Made by a program: the position numbers and the translations under genes
Shown: positions 51,319-63,175 of the stretch, piece after piece
Position numbering within the stretch: the stretch's first letter is position 1
Layout: the number at the start of each line of letters is the position of its first letter
Notes under the pieces: model-generated
What the model was told of the DNA's origin: nothing
Database searches by the model: none
What the model saw: the letters and a program-made list of their open reading frames with translations, nothing else
Assembly: GCF_006345805.1 (NCBI RefSeq)
Contig: NC_043007.1
Span: forward strand, 37,820,001 to 37,884,000
DNA from: Octopus sinensis
Lineage: Eukaryota
Direction: 5' to 3'
DNA length: 64,000 bases

Positions 51319-52049
51319 AAGGCCAAAAGAAAATAATGATGATGACGATGATATAATTGTTTTTAACAAAAAAATAGTTTTAGATTTAGTGGGAAAGAGT
51401 TAGTTGATTAAATCAACTACAGTACTTGGTTGCTTCTTCAATTGACCAGAGAAAGGCAAAGTTGACTTTGACAGGATTTGAACACAGAACATGAGGAGTC
51501 AGAACAAATATTACAAAGCAGTTTGTCCATCACTATAATGATTCTGCTAATCCATAGATTTCTAACATAGGCCATTCATAAACAGTGGGGAGCAGAAAGT
51601 CAATTTTTGTCAACTACTTTACTGGGGCTTATTTTATGAACCTTTCAAAAACAAAAGGCAAAGTTAACCCAGGCAAAATTTGAATTTAGAATATAAAAGG
51701 GGATAATAGTCATGACTGTGAGTTTAAGCAGTTTTCTTCACAACTCCATAGTTTTGAGTTCAAACCTTCTCTGCAGCATCTTGGGCATATGTCTTCTGCT
51801 GTAACCAAAGCCTTGTTACTGAAATTTGGTACATAGAAATCATGTGGAAGCCTGTCAAGGGATTTCATGTTCTTAGTGGATAGACTTTATCTGTCACCCT
51901 GTTTAACACTACAACCTGTCCCTTGGGTATCATTTGTGAAGTCTTGTCAATTACAAGCCTTGCCTTTTAAGCCTGTTTCCTGGTCTGAAGATGTCTCAGA
52001 GACCTTGGGAAAAGTCAAGAATCACAAACACTGTCCTTCCTCCTATAAA

Positions 52050-52445
52050 TCTCTCTATATATAAAGCCGAAGTTGTCTATGTGCGTGTGGCAGGTTTGGT
52101 AGCCTTCAACTAACACTATCACCTCCAAGACCCTGCGGTGCAAGTTGACCAAAATTGAAAGTATAATAGAAGAAGGCTTGCTCTTCCTTCCGTAGAAGGA
52201 AAAATTCAAATCGAACCATGTTAACACCAAAAATTATTTACATCAAAAAGGTGCTTTTTTTCTATGAAAATCCCTATTTTTTATGATTTTTTTACTGCTG
52301 TGTGGCCATTTTTCAGTGTATTTCAACCAGAAAAATGTTCACTTAAAGAGAATAACAAGCTACATAATGCAAAATCTTTACTTTTCAAAAATTCCAATTC
52401 TAAAGGGTCGAAACAAACCCGAGCAACGCCGGGCGATACTGCTAG
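52050..52445 (+). mobile_element. Non-autonomous Helitron, copy 2
   Basis: a|TCTCTCTATATATAAAG ... cccgagcaacgccggg cgatactg CTAG|t; inserted at an AT dinucleotide. Confidence 0.9.
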
Positions 52446-53952
52446 TAAACAATTAAAATAAAATCCTGATCAAAATAGTAACAAGAAGGCAAGGAAAGAT
52501 GACTAACCATCTACTAAGTCTGCCTACCCACTGTCCATGTGCTTTCAAATATTAATTTCTTACAAAGGTGCAAGATCTCACAGTTTGGAAGAAAGTATTA
52601 CGAATCTATACTGTGCAAGCTTATTGCTGTGTAATGCTGTACTCTACTGTACAGTACAGCTGGCCACAGCTGATCAAACAAAGATAAGAGAGAAACAGAA
52701 GTGGAGTTGGCCAGTTCAAAAGTTGGTTTGGGGAAAACTTCATATATTAAAGTTTAATGCTAAACAATTGTACTTGGTGATCTGTGTGAATATCCAGGTA
52801 AAAACAGTGTGAGTAAAGTGTTGGTAATGGAGGCGGAATGAAGATAGTGGTGGCGGTGGTGGTGGTGAGAAAGTTTGTGAACAAGTAGTAGTGTGTGTGA
52901 GAGAGAGAGAGAGCTGGGGGGGGGGGCAGACTGAATGATAAATATAAATGGTAAAGATCTGTGAGAAGAAAAAGAACAGAAAAGCAAGAGAGCAAGAAAA
53001 GAGAAAAAGAGGAAAACTAAGAAAGAATAATGTAGTGAAGAAGAAAATCAAGAGAATCAAAGAAAGAAGAAAAAGAGGTGAAAGTATGAGAGAGATAAAA
53101 TAGGGCATTATGGGTAAAAACATACAAAAATAGGATAATAATAATTGCTTCTAATTTAGGCACAAGGACAGAGAACTAGTTAATTATATCAACCCCAGTA
53201 CTAGACTAGTAATTTATTTTATCAACCCCAGAAGGATGACAGGCAAAGTTGATCTTGGTAGGATTTGAACTCAAAATGTAAAGGGTTGTAACAAATACTA
53301 CAAGCTCTACTGACCATGCCAGCTTGCTGCCTTGATAATAATGATCTGTCACATTAATGTAGAACCTTACATTATCAAAGAATGGTGTAAAAATTATCAA
53401 ACCCATTACTTGAGTGGCACTTCTTGGCTCAACTTCAGAAAGACAAATAGCCGAATCTAAACAACAGAGCTTCTACTGTTTCTACCATGTTTTGTTTCTA
53501 ATATAAGTATTTCAAGGTCACCTTCTCAGTACATACACCAGGCTTCCTGGTTACTGCCAAGTAACTTTCAACATATGACATGGGCACAAAACATCTCAAG
53601 GTATAAACACAAGAAACATGAGATTTATGGATCCATTCCATGAGTTTCTACTATTGTTGCTCAAGGCTTTTGTTTGTCATTGTTACTGTGCTGAACCAGG
53701 CCATATAGGATGCTATATTCTTGGAGACTTCTCCTCTCCCGCTTCCTCTATTTTCTCTATAGTTCTTTCTCTTTCATTGTGTGTGTGTGTGTGTGTTCCT
53801 TTACTCATTGCTTGCCATGAAGCATAGTAAGTGCACTCATCTTGCAATTCCTGTGCATGATAAGTGCGCATCCTCTCCCCCTTCATCTCCATACATCATA
53901 AAACATGACTAGCATAATCAGCCAATCAACCATTATTATACAGAAATTGTGA

Positions 53953-54285
53953 AGGCACATGGCTTAGTGGTTAGAGCGTAAAGCTTACGATTGTGAGGTT
54001 GTGAGCTCGAATCCCGGACCGGGCTGCGTGTTGTGTTCTTGAGCAAGACACTTTATTTCATGTTACTCCACTTCACTCAGCTGTAGAAATGAGTTGCGAC
54101 ATCACTGGTGCCAAGCTGTATCGGCCTTTGCCTTTCCCTTGGATAACATCAGTGGTGTGGAGAGGGGAGGCTGGTATGCATGGGCGACTGCTAGCCTTCT
54201 ACAAAAAAACCTTGTGCGGACTTGTGCCTCGGAGGGTAACTTTCTAGGTGGAATCCCATGGTCATTCATGACCGAAGGGGGTCTC
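53953..54285 (+). mobile_element. tRNA-derived SINE with V/CORE-like central domain
   Basis: Box A tggcttagtgg, box B gctcgaatccc, then gtgttcttgagcaagacactt...cactcagctgtagaaatgagt. More decayed relatives at ~29799-30095(+) and ~60780-61025(-). Confidence 0.75.
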
Positions 54286-54805
54286 CTCCTATTATATAGA
54301 AATTATTTATGAGTGAAAGCCTCAATAACAACTGGGTGATTGATCAAGCTTCCACAAGCTTCCCAAGACAGTGGGCTGGTGTATAGAAACAATCTTGTAA
54401 CGAGAAAAGAGTAAGATAGATGAGCATTGTGTTCGGTCTGTTGCTTATAACACCATCACCACCACCACACTTAATTTTGAAGAAGACTTTTCTATTTATC
54501 CTTATTTTCTTCTTTAGCTGTGCAAAATTTTCTTTCTTAGAATTCATCTTTATTCTGATGGAAGAAATTCTTATTTTTGCAAAAGCTATAAAGAAATTTA
54601 TTATTATTTCTCTGTTCTTGTCTGTGACAACCCCAAATTGTTGATTCTGAGTTTCATCATCTTTATAAGGATCTTAAGATTCCATCCCTATAGACAACTG
54701 AAAAGTACAAGAATTTAAAATAAAAAAACCCCGATTTTTATCACATTCACATTGCCTAATATTTTACACTGACACAACAAGGCCATATCATCATCATTAT
54801 TTTAC

Positions 54806-55033
54806 AGGCGAGCTGGCAGAAACGTTAGCGCACTGGGCAAAATGCTTAGCGGTATTTCGTCTGTCGTTACATTCCGAGTTCAAATTCCGCCGAGGTCGAC
54901 TTTACCTTTCATCCTTTCGGGGTCGATAAATAAAGTACCAGTTTCGCACTGGGGTCGATGTAATCAACTTACTCCCTTTGTCTGTCCTTGTTTGTCCCGT
55001 CTATGTTTAGCCCCTTGTGGGCAGTAAAGAAAT
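54806..55033 (+). mobile_element. SINE family A, monomer
   Basis: ggcgagctggcagaaacgttagc...gagttcaaattccgccgaggtcgac...ccccttgtgggcagtaaagaaata. Confidence 0.88.
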
Positions 55034-56023
55034 ATATTTTACATATGTTTTACATGCTGGCATGAGTTGGACATCTGATAGGATTCGACTAGTCCGAAGA
55101 CTGCATCAAAAGCCAATGTTTGCTTTGGCATGGTTTCTATGGCTGGATTTTCTTCTGAATGCCTTTTACTTTATTGTACAGGGTTCCTTTTGTTTCCTGA
55201 TTGCCAGTGCAAGTGAAGGTTGCCAAGTAACTTGCAAGCTCTTTCAACTGAATGCAGTTGTAGTGGAGGGAAGATGGCTTTGTGTGGGATATTGAGAGGC
55301 TAAAGTAAGATAGAGGGACAGGCATAGCCATCTTGCTATGGAAGACATACACAATTACCACAGCTACCCTGCTTTATTATATAGGTGTGTGGTGGTGGTG
55401 GTGGTGGTGGTGAGGAGCAGCTGAAAAGAAGATAGAGCTGTTGAAGATGAAGTGTCAGAGAATACTTTCAAGGTACAAGAAATTGAGCATAAGAGAGAAT
55501 ATGGACTGAGGATGGGGATAAAATAACAATGATTTGTAAATACAAATCATATTCTAAATAAATATAACAAATGTCAAACCAAGCCACTACTAAGTCTTGG
55601 TGAAAAAAAAAAGGTTTAATATGTGGATTAGCACCGTGTATAAATAGTACAGACGGTGGTAATGATGGTGGTGGTGGTGCTGGTGGTGGTGATGGTGGTG
55701 GTGCTGGTAGTTATTAAGTAACTGAGTGAACACAATGGTCATCTATCATGCTCTTCTCCCCATTTGTGGCTGTCCCTTCACACCAACCCACTGTTTTGTT
55801 CACACATGTGGAAGCCTGGTCCTTAGTACACATCAAAAATCCCAGTTGTTATGGTGACATTCACCGATTAACAATAAACCAATAATGGATGAAAACACAG
55901 CAGTACAAGAGACTGGATTTAGATCATCATCATCATCAGTATGACCATATCATGTCATCAATGCAGTGAAAGAGAAACTAGTTCGTAACCTAGTTTTGTT
56001 TCAGAATTAGAAACATCATCATC

Positions 56024-56029
<6 letters not shown>

Positions 56030-56055
<26 letters not shown>

Positions 56056-56366
56056 CATTATTAAGGTGGCAAGCTGGCAGAATTGTTGGCACATCGGACG
56101 AATTGCCTAGCGGTATTTTGTCTGCTGCTACATTCTGAGTTCAAATTTTGCCAAGGTTGGCATTGCTTGTCATCCTTGCAACTGGCCCCCTCCCCCAAAA
56201 TTTCAGGCCTTGGGCCTATAGTAGAAAGGACGATTTATTATTATTTCGTCTTTTCAGGCTGTTGATCACTGGAGTCAATGTAATTGACTAGAACCCACCT
56301 CTCTCAAGATTCCAGGACTTGTGCCTATTGTAGAAAGGACTATTATTATTATTATTATTATTATTA

Positions 56367-56397
<31 letters not shown>

Positions 56398-56622
56398 GGC
56401 TGCAAGCTGGCAGAATCATTAAGATGCCAGGCAAAATGGTTAGCAACGTTTTGTCTGTTTTACATTCTGATTTCAAATTTTTCAAAGTTGACTTCGCCTT
56501 TCATCCTTTTGGGGTCAATGAAATAAGTACCAGTTATGTATTGGGGTTGATATAATCCACTAGCCTCTCCCACAATATTTCAGGCCTTGGGCCTTCAGTA
56601 GAAAGGAGTATTATTATTATTA

Positions 56623-56655
<33 letters not shown>

Positions 56656-56858
56656 GGCAATGAGCTGGCAGAACCATTAGCACAATAAAAAAAATGCTTA
56701 GGGGCATTTTGTCTATCTTTATGTTCTGGATTCAAATCCCACCAAGGCCAACACTGTCTTTCATCCTTTCAGGGTGAATTTAGAATAAGTACTGATCAAG
56801 CAATCAACTATAAACCTCTTACAAAATTTCAGGTTTTGTGCCTATAGCAGAAAGGACC

Positions 56859-56889
<31 letters not shown>

Positions 56890-57312
56890 GGAAAAATCAT
56901 TAGAGCATTGTAAAAATGCCATGTGGTATTTGTTCCAGCTCTTTACATTCAAAGTTCAAATCTCTCTAAGATTAACTTTGTCTTTCATTCTTTCAGGAAC
57001 CAACAAAATATCAGTCAGGTGATACTGAGATTGATGGTAGCGACTAACTTCCTCTTCTCAAAAATGAACAGGCCTTATGCCTAAATCAGAAACCAAAATC
57101 ATTATTATTATTAATTATTATTATTATTATTATTATTAAGGTGACAGGCTAGTAGAAGAATTGGTAATACATTGGACAAAATGCTTAGCAGCATTTCTTT
57201 AGGCTGAATTCAAATTGGACTGAGGTCGACTTTGCCTTTCAATGTTTCGGGGTCAATAAAATAAAGTACCAGCTGAGCACTAAAATCACTGACCTTGTGC
57301 CAAAATTTGAAA

Positions 57313-57345
<33 letters not shown>
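56030..57345 (+). repeat. Array of ~6 family-A-like SINE units separated by (ATT)n tracts
   Basis: Repeated head (ggc..gctggcagaa), gttcaaat box, ctttcatcc core, ggccttgtgcc end, then (TTA)n; all in the same orientation. Confidence 0.85.
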
Positions 57346-57347
<2 letters not shown>

Positions 57348-57694
57348 ACTTGCGTCAACTTGCTAAAATTTGATCCTGTTCCTCTGCAATTAAAATACAA
57401 AATGTCACTTTCAAACTTTGATTAAATTAATAGAATCAACAGAAATGCCAAACCTATTTTCTAACAAAGAAGAAATAAAGTTTATACGATGACTCATAAA
57501 CGTCACACCATTTACAAGTTCACCACTATTAGTTTCATTTTTACCATTTATTTTTTAATGATTTTCTTGCCAATGTGAGTGAGATGATGACGAATTTATA
57601 TTCCCAACCAGCTCATTTTCTTATGCTAAAATGGGTTGGATGGTGTTATAAATTTATACAATGACCCAACACATTTCCTTATGCTGTCATGAGT

Positions 57695-57851
57695 TGGATG
57701 GTGGCTGTGTGGTAAGTAGATTGCTTGCCAACCACATGGTTCTGGGTTCAGTCCCACTGTGTGACACCTTGGGCAAGTGTCTTCTACTATAGCCTCAGAC
57801 TGACCAAAGCCTTCTGAATGGATTTGGTAGACGGAAACTGAAAGAAGCCTG

Positions 57852-57917
<66 letters not shown>

Positions 57918-58110
57918 ATGTTTGTGTGTTTGTCCCCCCCACCATCGCTTGACAACCAATTTTGGGGTGTTTATGTCCCTGTAACTTAGCGGTTTGACAA
58001 AAGAGACCAATAGAATAAGAATTAGGATTACAAAGAATAAGTCCTGGGGTCGATTTGTTTGACTAAAGGCTGTGCTCCAGCATGGCTGCAGTCAAATAAA
58101 ACAAGTAAAA
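57695..58110 (+). mobile_element. SINE family B copy
   Basis: Same body, internal (TA)n and tail as 20256-20712. Confidence 0.85.
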
Positions 58111-58383
58111 GAATATCAACCAGTACATTTTCTTATACTGATATAGGTTGGATGGTGCTATAAATTTTAACAACCAATAACTAACCAACCAAATAACAGA
58201 TATTTTACATTGGCATGGTTTGATGGTTCTAAGGTCAAGGAGTTCATTTTTCAGCCACATAGTTTTGGATTCAGCCCCACCGTCAGCATCTTGGGCAAGT
58301 ATCATTCATTATAGCCCTAGATCATTTAGTGCATTGTGAGTTAGTAAGGCAGACAGAAACTGTATGGAAGCCTGTCATATATA

Positions 58384-58484
<101 letters not shown>

Positions 58485-58597
58485 AGATGCTGTTATTTGT
58501 CTCCATGCTGCTTGACAACAGGTAATTCATTTACATCTTTCTTATATAACAGCTCAGCAAGAGATTGATAAAACACACACATATATAAAGAGCTATA

Positions 58598-58955
58598 TCA
58601 GTTCACGAACAGGACGTCACTGTGCTGTCCCCATTGTGCCGACTGCTTCATCTTGGGCAAGGACAACGTACTGCAATAGCTTGGGTTTCAAGGGCCCACA
58701 GCTATTTAACTGTCTGCTGTAGCATCTGAGGAGTCTTCATGGAGTGGATGTAGACGTTTCAAACCGTGAACTTGACCTCTGGCTTGCCAAGATCCCGGAT
58801 GAGCCAATATCTAAGCAAGAAACTCAAAAGAGGGCAGTAGCATCGAACTCCATCCTTCACCAGAAGCCGCTCCAACAAAGGTGGAAAGTGGAAAGATGAT
58901 TACAATGGTGGTGTTCCAGCATGGCCACAGTCATTGGACTGAAACATATAAGAGA
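58598..58955 (+). mobile_element. CR1/L2-group LINE 3' end
   Basis: SSRTGRHCAVP...YCNSLGFKGPQLFNCL*HLRSLHGVDVDV..RELDLWLAKIPDEP, followed by 3' tail ggtggtgttccagcatggccacagtcattggactgaaac. Confidence 0.78.
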
Positions 58956-59190
58956 ATACACACACACGATAGGATTTGTACAGCTTTCATCCATCAAATT
59001 CAAGTATTGATTGGTTTGAGGCAACAAGACTATACTAGAAGACACTTGTCTTCTTTATCACACAATGTGTGTGTGTGTGTGTGTATACACACAGATGTGT
59101 GTGGGCCAATTTGAAAGTAAATATACTAAAACTTGCATTATTCCTCATTCAAAACCTTTTCAAAGTTCATTTAATAACTTTATAGATATA

Positions 59191-59579
59191 CTAGCAGTAT
59201 TGCCCGGCATTGCTCAGGTTTGTTTTGACCCTTTAGAATTGGAATTTTTGAGAAGTAAAAATTTTGCATTATGTAGCTTGTTATTCTCTTTAAGTGAACA
59301 TTTTCTGGTTGAAATACACCGAAAAATGGCGACACAGCAGTCAAAAAATCGTAAAAAATAGGGATTTTCATAGAAGAAAAGCATCTTTTTGATGTAAATA
59401 ATTTTTGGTGTTAACATGGTCCAATTTGAATTTTATCTTCTACGGAATGAAGAGCAAGCCTTCTTATATCATACTCTCAATTTTGGTCAACATGCGCCGC
59501 AGGGTCTCGGAGGAGATAGTGTTAGTTGAAGGCTACCAAACCTGCCACACACAGACAACTTCAGCTTTTTATATATAGA
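59191..59579 (-). mobile_element. Non-autonomous Helitron, copy 3
   Basis: Reverse complement of the same element: ctagcagtattgcccggcattgctcagg ... atatataga. Confidence 0.88.
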
Positions 59580-60215
59580 TTTAATGTTACACTGAGATTT
59601 TCCTCATCTTTTTATTATTTTATTTTTCCCTCTAAGGCAACTTCATTTCATTTCACACTTCCAGCCCTATCTTTTATTATCTGTAACATATATTTCACTT
59701 AACATTCAACTATTTCATAATTATATTATATCACCATTACAATCATTATATTACTACATCATTATTATCTAATGTCGTATTATTGCTTTTCTCTGCTTTA
59801 TGGACCATGCTTCACCACACATCCCAGCCAAACACGATATGCTATTTTTTTTACAAAACAATACTCCCACGTACTCCAAAGCAATGAGAACATACAAGAA
59901 AGTTTCAGGATTTTTCACACCTTACACTACACAAAAAATCTATACATAACAATATATACAAATACCACAACCACAATACAGTCTACTTATGTTTGCTTTG
60001 GTCTATTGAGCTCTCTATTTTTTTTTTATAGCTTTTGTATATATATTTCATTTAATTACTTAAATCATATCTGCTTATTAGTCTTCACAGAAGAACATTC
60101 CAATTCTACATGTTACTGCAACTGGATTATCATCAGTTGCTTGGTGATGGGAAACACAAAACTGAGTAGCAACTCATAAGACATCTGTTCTAAGTCCAAC
60201 AAACACAAACACATA

Positions 60216-60651
60216 TCTATATATATAAAGCTGAAGTTGTCTGTGTGTGTGTGTGTGTGTGTGTGTGGCAGGTTTGGTAGCCTTCAACTAACACTATCTC
60301 CTCCGAGACCCTACAGCGCAAGTTGACCAAAATTGAGAATATGATAGAAGAAGGCTTGCTCTTCCTTCTGTAGAAGACAAAATTAAAATTGGACCATGTT
60401 AACACCAAAAATTATTTACATCAAAAAGGTGATTTTTTTTCTATGAAAATCCTTATATTTTATGATTTTTTGACTGCTGTGTCGCATTTTTCGGTGTATT
60501 TCAACCAGAAAAATGTTCACTTAAAGAGAATAACAAGCTACATAATGCAAAATTTTTACTTTTCAAAAAAGATTGAAACTATGTCAAAACTTTGTTAACG
60601 CGACATCAAAGTCTGCCGTTTTAAGCGCAACTAAAAAACAAACCCGAGCAA
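60216..60651 (+). mobile_element. Non-autonomous Helitron, copy 4 (variant subterminal segment, 3' end lost)
   Basis: Same body up to ttttacttttcaaaaa, then ~75 nt of different sequence, then aaacaaacccgagcaa running into (TA)-rich sequence without CTAG. Confidence 0.8.
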
Positions 60652-61141
60652 TATATATGTATATGTATATATATGTATATATACTTTTGTATGTATATAT
60701 ACATATATGAACATATGAGAGGGTGAAAAAGAGAGGCAGAGCTTTATATGTATATCTATGATGGAATCTCCCATCAAAAACAATGTAGAAATGTTCAGTT
60801 TTTGCTGACCAACCTGCAGAAATAATTTGTTTATAGTGAATAAATCTATGTGCTGTACATTGGCTCACTCCCACCATTAAATCGATATTGCCTAAACAGG
60901 TGCACAGTGTACCACATATCAGGTGTCAAATTGATCACAGAGCAACATAAGATGCAGTGTTTTGCTCAAAAACACAATGAACCACCCAATCTAGGAACTG
61001 AAATCACTATCTCTCGATCGTGAGTGCAACAGCCTAACCACCTTTATGTGGTTTTCTTCAAATACAAGCCTCTGTCCACTTGAGCTATCTTCTTGGGTCA
61101 TTTTTATTTCATGTGTGTGTGTGTGTGTGTGTGTGTGAGAG

Positions 61142-61183
<42 letters not shown>

Positions 61184-61279
61184 GAAACAAGAGTTATGGA
61201 ATGGAGTATGGAAAATCTGGACTACACACACAGACACACATTTATAAAATTATACAGAATTATAGATCTATTTCTGTCA

Positions 61280-61340
61280 GTTTTAGCAATCACTTTCGTA
61301 CAAAAGTTAGGGAAAACCTAAAATGGTGCTCATCAGAAGG
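61280..61340 (-). ncRNA. Degenerate minimal hammerhead ribozyme motif
   Basis: Minus strand: cctt-CTGATGA-gcac..ttagg ttttc cctaa..gtac-GAAA-gtgattgc-TA-aaac. Stem III looks like the palindrome gcgatcgc after two CpG-to-TpG changes; stem I is weak. Confidence 0.4.
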
Positions 61341-62239
61341 GCTGATGTGACAAGTTTCACTACTGAAGATCAGCCAGTGTTATGTCTAGTTTGTGGGTGC
61401 TGTGGAAAGAATAGAACAGAAAATCCTGTGGGAGAAGTTCAGAGGGAAATTCATCAAGAGTTATGCACCTTACACAAAAGTGAGCATGCCTTCACTGTGT
61501 GAGGTCTAACTGCCTGCCTGCAAAGTGCAGGAAGGAAGGAGGAGAAGGGGTGGACATCGAATTTTAAAATCACATGCGGCTATATATGCACATATGTTTG
61601 TGTGCATGTTAATATATAATAAAGTGTGGCAAGCATTGCAGTTTTGAGAAGTACTGGTAATTGAAGCTCTGACATTTATAATCATGAAGCATTCCACTGG
61701 TATCCAATTACATATTTCCTTTCATGTGGGCATGATCAGAAAATTTCACTTTTGCAATTTAGGTAGATGTCCAGGTAAAGTGAGCTTTACATCCATGTTC
61801 ACAATTCCAACTGTCAACATTTTAACTGACTACATCACATCTTTCCTTTTCTGCCTCTCTTTCCTCTTCTTGATTCTCCTCCTCTTCCATTTCCTCCTCT
61901 CACCAACTTTCACTGTTTTGGTTTTACATCCTCAGATATTTGAGAATTATTAACCATCATAGTATGTAACACATACTATAAAATGGCCATCACATACATA
62001 GATCAACTGGAACCCAAGGTCCTGTAGCTGCTTCAGGCATGTGAATGATATCCTAATACTTATATCCTCCTGAGTGGAGGCCATCGTCATATACCAGAAA
62101 TTCGGCAACACCAAAAAACATGGATTTCTCGATCAAGCACCCTGACCAGTTTGGAGCCTTTTTCCTGCTTAATTTCCAACTCAGGTTTACATCAAGTTCC
62201 ACAAGAAAGTAACTAGTAGGAACCTGCTTGTGCAATACA

Positions 62240-63175
62240 AATCAGGCCTTGTTCACCATAACTAGAACCACCTACATATAAAATGAAATCTCACACATAA
62301 ACAACAGGTGCAGCAAAGTAATTGAGAAAGCTGTCAAAACCAAATGGTTCCAGAAGATCCTACTAAACAACAGCTATTCACTATCTTTCACCAAACAGCA
62401 ACTTATAAACAATACTAAAATTAATAAACTTCATAAGAAGGCCTGTACTCCCAAGACTAATATGTGCTTCTAAAAACTACCCTACTTCAACAACAGAACC
62501 GCTTCTGCAATTTCATCATGCAATTCACAAGGTGGAACTAAACATATGAATAGTGCATTCAGGTTCATCGCTGAGGAAATTTGTCCAGAAATCATACCTA
62601 TTTCTTTACTACCCACAAGGGGCTAAACACAGAGTGGACAAACACGGACAAACAAACAGATTAAGTCGATTATATCGATCCTAGTGCACAACTGGTACTT
62701 ATTTAATTGACCCTGAAAGGATGAAAGGCAAAGTCGACCTCGGTGGAATTTGAACTCAGAATGTAACGGCAGTCGAAATACGGCTATGCATTTTGCCCGG
62801 TGTGCTAACGTTTCTGCCAGCTCACCGCTTTATCCAGAAATCATACCACAAACAGCATTGTTGGGTGTTCACTGTCCAATTAAGCCATTGACAACTTTAA
62901 AACGTTCTTGAGAGCCTATGTAGCATATGAGGTGATCTGCAATTCCCAGGATATTACAGTATATATTAGAAGCATAGAATGTAACACAAACAACCTTTAA
63001 ATTAAGGAGGCTATCCAAACTGATAAGCTGAAACCAGCATTAAACAATAGACAAGAACTACACAAAACAGACTGGTTGTTGTAATACCAGTCTGCGAATG
63101 TCACTACCCTCACCTACATACCTCACATTTCTACACACATCCTAATGAAGGGGGTCCTAACCTCAAAATATTAAA
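62240..63175 (+). mobile_element. Decayed Penelope-like retroelement 3' part (RT C-terminus to GIY-YIG end), interrupted by a SINE
   Basis: Translations NEISHINNRCSKVIEKAVKTKWFQKILLNNSYSLSFTKQQL (cf. PLE 'R..CS...L..NGYP..FI') and IKEAIQTDKLKPALNNRQEL (cf. PLE 'EA..I...KP.LN'). A decayed hammerhead-like core (ctaatga...aaaa tat ta) follows at ~63142-63172. Confidence 0.7.
62599..62832 (-). mobile_element. SINE family A, monomer with 15-bp TSD
   Basis: Direct repeat tccagaaatcatacc at 62584-62598 and 62833-62847. Confidence 0.9.

Noticed and set aside
56030-57345. Regularly spaced repeats that superficially resemble a CRISPR array
   Set aside because: Eukaryotic context; units are ~200-bp SINEs separated by microsatellites, with no short identical repeats, unique spacers or cas genes.
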